Of a DNA stretch of 64,000 bases, positions 57,263 through 64,000 are shown in pieces. The notes below the pieces were generated by a model. That model ran no database searches. It was not told where the DNA came from and saw only the letters and a program-made list of their open reading frames with translations. Each line of letters begins with the position of its first letter. Within the stretch, counting starts at the first letter, position 1. The DNA lies in the NCBI RefSeq assembly GCF_009914755.1, contig NC_060927.1; one strand, written 5' to 3'. The position numbers and the translations under genes were made by a program. Origin of the DNA: the human T2T-CHM13v2.0 reference genome, Homo sapiens.

Positions 57263-59149
57263 TGTTTTGTTTTCAACCCTGAATGTCATCCTTCATTTCC
57301 TGTCCTGAGATCTGGACTAGAACAAGACAGGAAATGTAAGGAAGACCCTAAATTTATTCTTCACAGTGGATTTGACTCTCCCAATAGCTGCAGTGAATAG
57401 GTTCCTTGCCATCCTGTTCAGACCCTCTGCCTTATTGGGGAGTCAGCCCTGTTTCATAGTCAGGGCCCACCTGGAGAATTGAGATCCTGGAACCAGACAA
57501 CAAGACCCCAGCCTCTTAAGGCAGCCCTTGGCAGTTGCATCAAAGTGGAGGATCAGACTGATTAAATCGATCAAGTGTGAAGTGCCGTTACTTGCTCTGA
57601 GGCTCCATTTAGCACCACAGTACTGGGTTTCAGCAAAGAGAAAATCTGGAATCGATACTGCTATCATTTCACAAAATTACAGTATTGTGTACTGAAAATG
57701 AGCCATAAATCAACTTCAGGCTTCACTTGCCAGAGCAAACAGCTTTCCTGTGAGAATGACAACGCCTTGGAACCAGAGGGTCCAGGCCTTCCCCATGGTT
57801 ATTTTCCCACCTGGGAATGCAGATGATCTGGAGAGAGGATTCCCCATTGCACCACAAGGAGCAGGGTTCATCAGTAGGCTTGGATGCCTTGGAAGAGCAG
57901 CCTGACTGAAATGCAACAAACCTCCTGAATCTCCCAAGCCCAGCCAAGCAGAAACTGCTGCAGACGAAATTGGGAGAGTCTGGCCTCTGAGGTCACCCCA
58001 GCCCATTCACATGCCCTAATTTCCTTCTTTCGAGTTTGGCCTCTCTTGGCAAGCTGAAACTTTCTCACCTGTAGATTTCAGTCCCAGGAGTTGGCTGGGA
58101 GATTGGTAGAGGGAATACTTTGTTGTCTGGGAGGCTCCCAGCTATGGAACTCCTGACCCTGCACCACACAGAGTTGCCTGAAAGCCTTCCTCTCTTCTCT
58201 TTTGCTTCCTGTCTGACATGTGTTTACAAAAGGCCAGTGTTCTGGGCACTTCTTTCCTGGCTACACTTGGCACACCACCTTTCCTTCATGGAAATTGTGG
58301 GCATGAGGGTCAGAGGTTATCAGACACACCAGTCCAAGTACCTTGAAATGAACCAGGCTGCCCTGCCTAGGGATGTCCTGACCCAATATCCACTGTATGT
58401 GTCTTGGGCCACCTTTTTGCTGCCCCACAAAATTGTAATTGCTGAAGGGCACGGACGATGCCCTCTACATTTTATTCTCTTTCCTAGTCCGTAGTGCAAA
58501 ATGCCAAAATACGTAACTACTAAGATTGAGAACTAAATATATTCCATCATTTTCTGATTGCCACGATAAAATGGGAAAATAAATCCAGGTTATATAATTC
58601 CGATTATCTGGGTTTTTATCTGCAGCTAAATTCTCAATGGAATTTATTTTGAAGGGTACTTACATAAGGGACATTGGAAAGTATAAAGAAAAAAATCTTC
58701 AACATGGTTTTTATGAAAGATTAAGATATACTATTGATAAGCTATACCACTTACCCTAGATGGGCTTATTTCTTCATCAATAAGTAGGAACAGTAATAAA
58801 AACAAACTTACTGACAGGGTTGGGGTATCATAGTATTTTGTGAACATAGAGGAGTATCATGTTAAGATGGCAGAGTGCCATGTGGGCACCATAATCATCT
58901 CTATGTGGACTTGCTCAGAATCACACGTATAGCGAGCTCCAGCTGGGACGAAGCTCCTTCAGGTTGCTCCCCAAGGTCCTCATGTTCTTGTCCACCACCT
59001 TGTGCAGTCTACAGGGATCACTCCTGGCCTGCCTCCTGTTGGGGCTTGTCTGCCTTGTGGAGGTCTACCCGAATTTTTCAGGCACCTCCTACAGACTTCT
59101 CTTTTACTTTAACCATGGGGCACATGGGCTTCTGTTTGAAGAAAGATAA

Positions 59150-60320
59150 TTATGGGATCATCATTGGGGAGGACTTTTCCAAGACGAATCTCACAGTGAT
59201 CATGACAGAGAATTTTCAAGACCTGAAGAAAGGCATGAATACCCAGGATCAAAAGTCACACTGACTTAGATGCAGGATTAAAAAAAAAAAAATTCTGCCT
59301 GAATACGTTAGAGCGAAACTGCAGAATAAACAATAAAGCAAAAAGCTATCCAAGAGACAAGACAACTTTCCAAAACAACAAGAATTAGATCTACATCTAG
59401 TTTCATTTTTACAGTTGGATTTTCTACCATGAACAATCGGATTGCTAGAAGACACAGTCAACATACACATACAGTCAAGACTGAATATTAGGAAGGCTTC
59501 TTCTTACATCTGTTAAGAAATCCCCAGTGGAGTGCATAAAGGGGCAATTTCTTGCTTCTCTGTCATTGCCAAAGGTGTTGTCCTTTGCTGGTGGATATTT
59601 TAAGGCAGGCCTGTGAATGCTTCTTAAGTGATCCTCGGAGAGCTTTTCTCAATTGGTGAAAAAGTAAAATGTCCGCTGTTGGTGAAGATGTGGGAAAATG
59701 AGCTGTCTCACTGGTGGTGGGAATGTAATATGAACAGCCTTTTGGAGGCATTTTGGCTCCTAACCTCTGCACCCAAAGTTCTACTTCCTGGTACCCACCC
59801 TACACAGACACACATGAGCACAAAGCTGTCTGCACGGTACAAGGAAAGTCACTGCAACTTTCTTTGTAATTGCAATGGATTGTAATAGCAAAATATCTAT
59901 TTTCTAGTAATGGCAAAAAATGACTATTAGCTAATAGGGAACTCAAACTCATCAGATAATGTTATAAAACCTCAATACAACAGGATGCTCTGCAGCTGCT
60001 AACATAAATGAAGTAGATCTATAGATGCTAACATGGAAAGACATCCATAATATACTGTTCTGTGAAAAAAAGGAAGTTGAAGATCAGGATATGCAGAGTG
60101 ACCCTATTTCAAAAGTGTATATGCATATGCATATGCATATGCATATGCATATGTATATGTGGGGTGTGTGTGTGTGTCTACTTAGAAATTCAAGAAGCCA
60201 ATAAAACACACCAAACTATGGTTACCTCAAGGTCATGAGTCTCGGATGTAGGACCTGCTTTCAATTTTTACTTTATATACTTCTGCACTACTTGCTTTAT
60301 TTAGTAATTTTAAAAAGCCA
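59150..60320 (+). mobile_element. Old L1 (L1ME-like) fragments
   Basis: acagagaattttcaagacctgaagaaaggcatgaa (ORF1-like); ctgttggtgaagatgtggg...ggtgggaatgtaa; aacatggaaagacatccataatatactgt. Confidence 0.6.
60121..60150. repeat. (ATGCAT)5 self-complementary repeat followed by (GT)n
   Basis: atgcatatgcatatgcatatgcatatgcat. Confidence 0.92.
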
Positions 60321-62112
60321 ATAAAGGGACAACTAGCAAACCTCAACCAGCAAACTTCTCCCTGTGTGTTTGTTCTACTTACTAACATCTTTGGTCTTCA
60401 GGTGTCTCATCTACATTTGGGCCAAACAAGAATGGTCATATTCAAATGTTTCTTAGTCTCTTTTTTCCAATAGAAATTTTTATTCCTGATTAAATGTTAT
60501 GTGAAATCCCAACGTATAAGACAGATAAAAGTAGGACTGCTGTATCAGTCAATGGCTAGTCTAGAAAATAGGAACCACTCCAGGAATTTCAAACAAAGGG
60601 AGTTTAACACAAGCAACAAGGGAAAGTGTCAACCCAGAGATTAACCTAACAGGAAGCTGGTGCCATCAGTGGGTCACCCAGGGGAAGCCAGAACCACAGT
60701 GAGCTGGAGCCACAAAGTAGATGCAGCCTCCCCTGGAGATGCCACTGAGGCAGAGAGGAGGTGAAAATGAGAAGTGGTGATGCAAGACAGAGCAGGGCCA
60801 GGGTGGGGAAGGCTGTGAGAGCAAACAGGCATGTGGCCAATGCAGATGCTCTCCTGGCTGTGTCCTCTCATCCCATGCAGCATGTCTTGGAGCACAATTT
60901 CACAGCACTGGAAGATATGCATGATACCTATCGTTCCACGGCTTACTTGCCCCTTTTGAGAATGGAATAGCATCACAATGATGCTTAGTGGTGCTTGTCC
61001 TTGTTCCAAACCAAATCTAAAGGCCATTGGAAAGTAGAAAAACTGTTTCTAAAAAGTATATGCTTCTTTCAATTTTACTTATGTGCCCCTCTGTGTTTTC
61101 TCTTTCCATTCCAGTTAGTACATCCTTCTTACCTTGAGTGCTCAGAGCTCCTCCTTCCAGTGCCCTGCCAACACGAGAGCACCCAAGCAGCAGCCTTACA
61201 TGCTGAAAGTATCTCTTTCTTCAACCTCCTCCACTCCACAATGCATTAAAATTCCATTTTCTAAGCAAGAGGTCTCCTCTGGCAATATGGAGCAGAGAGA
61301 GCCTGGCATGGGCATTGAGACCCCTGAGACCCCTAAACGAGCTGGTTCTGCCACTCTGCACCTGTGTGCTGCAGCTGACCTGGGACCTGTCCTTCAATGC
61401 TGGCATGACTCTGTCCCACCTGTATGTCTGTCCATACTCTTGCCAGTGCATTGTCTTCTCCACTCTTGGGCCTTGGCTCACAGAGTCCCTGGTAAGGGGA
61501 TATTTGAGGAGATATGACCCAGTGGCTCTGAGGACCCATGATTAAGTCAGCTTCTCTGTGTGTCATGCTCTGACTTCATGCACCAACAAACTCACTCTTG
61601 TGAGTCAACCTCCACCTTGTGCTTCCAGGAACTGAGGAGGTAGAAACAATTACTGAGCCCTGGTGTTGTCCCCTTGGGGCCAGTTTTTACTTGTCACTCT
61701 GTCTTGTGCCTTGTGCTGCGACTTTTCTCTTCTTCCCTCCTCCAAGACTGCAGAATGTCCTCAAATGGCTCTTAAGTCCCGAAAATGGAAAGATGCATAT
61801 CTGGAACACCAGGTTAGTGCTGCTTAATGACATTAATGCTACACAAGAGTTTCTGTGCATTTCCACTCTGAAAGTTGGCCACACTGAGCCACTCAAAGTC
61901 CCCTGAACACAGACAAAATCTCTTTGTCTATGACTTTGTGAGTTTGGTTCCTTCCACTCCCTATCCTTCCTTCCAGCCTCCACTTATATCTACCAGCCCA
62001 TAAATCCACCACTGTATAGTCAGAATCATATTTGTTGAAGGGATAGATGAATAATACCACAACTACTGGCCCTGCCCCTCTCCTTCCCTTTTATACAAGC
62101 TGAAACATACTT

Positions 62113-63978
62113 TTTAACTTTTAAGTTCAGGGGTACAAGTGCAGGTTTGTTATATAGGTAAACTTGTGCCATGGGGATTTGTTGTACAGATGATTTCATC
62201 ACCCAGGTATTAAGCCTAGTACTCATTAGTTATTTTTCCTTATCCTCTCCCTACTCCCACCCTGAATCCTCTGTTAGGTTAGACCCCAGTGTCTGTTGTT
62301 CTTCTCTATGTATTCATGTGTTCTCATCATTTAGCACCCACCTATAAGTGAGATACATGAGGTATTTGGTTTTCTGTCACTGCGTTAGTTTGCTAAGGAC
62401 AATGGACTCCAGCTCCATCCATGTTTCTGCAAATGACATGATCTTGTTCTTTTTTTATGACTGTGTAGTATTCCACAGTGTATAGGTACCATATTTTCTT
62501 TATCCAATCTGCCATTGATGGGCATTTAGGTTGATTCTATGTTTTTGCTATTCTGAATAGTGCTGCAATGAACATAAGTGTGCATGTGTCTTTATGGTAG
62601 GATGATTTATATTCCTTTGGGTATATACCCAGTAATGGGTTACAGGGTTGAATGGTCACTCTATTTTTAGTTCTTTGAGGAATTGCCACACTGCTTTCCA
62701 CAATGGTTGAACTAATTTACACTCCCACCAATGGTGAATAAGCATTCCCTTTTCTCTGCAACCTTGCCAAAATTTTTAATTTTTTTTGACTTTTTATAAT
62801 AGCTATTCTGATTGGTGTGAGATGGTATCTCATTGTGGTTTTGGTTTGCATTTCTCTAATGATCCATGATGTTGAGCTTTTTTGCATATGCTTGTTGGCT
62901 GTATGTATGTCTTCTTTTGAAAACTGTCTGTTCATGTCATTTGGCCACTTTTTAAGGGGGTTGCTTTTTTCCTGTAAATTTAAGTTCCTTATAGATGCTG
63001 GATATTAAAACTTTGTCAGAGGCATAGTTTGGAAAAATTCTCTCCCATTCTGTAGGTTGTCTGTTTACTCTGCTGATAGTTTCTTTTGCTGTGAAGAAGC
63101 TCTTTAGTTTAATTAGATCCCATTTGTCAATTTTTGCTTTTGTTGCAATTGCTTTTGGCATCTTTGTCATGAAATCTTTGCCCATTCCTAGGTCCAGAAT
63201 GGTATTGCCTAGGTTGTCTTCCAGGGTTTCTATAGTTTTGGGTTTTACATTTAAGTCTTTAATCCATGTTCAGTTGATTTTTGTATATGGTGTAAGGAAT
63301 GGGTCTAGTTTTAATCTTCTGCATGTGGCTAGCCAGTTATCTTAGCACCATTTATTGAATAGGGAGTCCTTTCCTCATTGCTTGTTTTTGTCAGCTTTGC
63401 CAGAGATCAGATGGTTGTAGGTGTGAGGCCTTATTTGTGGGCTCTCTATTCTGTTCCATTAGTCTATGTGTCTGTTTTTGTACCAGTACTATGCAGTTTT
63501 GGTATAGCCCTTTAGCATAGTTTGAAGTTGGGTAGCATGATGTCTCCAGCTTTGTTACTTTTGCTTAGGGTTGCCTTGGCTATTTGGGCTCTTTTTTGGT
63601 TCTATATGAATTTTAAGATAGCTTATTCTAGTTCTGTGAAGAATGTCATTGGTAGTTTGATAGGAATAGCAATTGAATCTATAAATTGCTTTAGACAGTA
63701 AGGCCATTTTAATGATATTGCTTCTTCCTATCCATGAGCATGGAATGTTTTTTCCATTTGTTGGTGTCATCTCTGATTCCTGTGAGCAGTGTTTTGTAAT
63801 TCTCATTGTAGATAGCGTTTGTCTCCCTGGTTAGCTATATTCTTAGGTATTTTATTCTTTTTGTGGCAATTGTGAATGGAATTGCCTTCCTCTAGGCTTG
63901 ACTGTTGGTGTATGGGAATGCTAGCAATTTTTTTTATGTTGATTTTGTATCCTGAGACTTGCTGAGCTTGTTTATCAA
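62113..63978 (-). mobile_element. Older L1PA (about PA13-like), 5'-truncated ~1.9 kb with TSD
   Basis: Antisense 3'UTR ttaagttcaggggtacaagtgcagg; ORF2 C-terminal peptides; TSD aagctgaaacatactt (62097-62112) vs aagctgaaacttcctt (63979-63994). Confidence 0.92.
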
Positions 63979-64000
63979 AAGCTGAAACTTCCTTAAGGCA

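Overview
This is primate, most likely hominoid or human-like, non-coding genomic DNA. It is CpG-depleted and dense in interspersed repeats: Alu J/S/Y including an AluYe-type copy, L1 of several ages, L2, MIR, MaLR/ERVL LTRs, and hAT and Tigger DNA transposons. I found no credible cellular protein-coding exon. The only ORFs with recognisable homology are broken L1 ORF1/ORF2 pieces at 43-53 kb and 62-64 kb. The most distinctive unique segment is at 13.1-14.0 kb. There, a GC/CpG-rich patch with a strong CTCF motif and GC boxes sits directly before an 18-bp minisatellite whose open frames read as (HRGDxx)n on + and as Cys/His-rich repeats on -. Other notable points are a near-perfect 30-bp-arm palindrome carrying two octamers (24.85-24.92 kb) and a 46-bp tandem duplication whose junction forms a perfect DR1 element (1.4 kb). 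There is also a back-to-back L1PA/L1PB junction with templated filler (49.6 kb) and several developmental-TF motif clusters. I cannot identify the locus or support a new biological system from sequence alone. Repeat subfamily names come from recalled consensus sequences, and boundaries are approximate unless a target-site duplication (TSD) is quoted.
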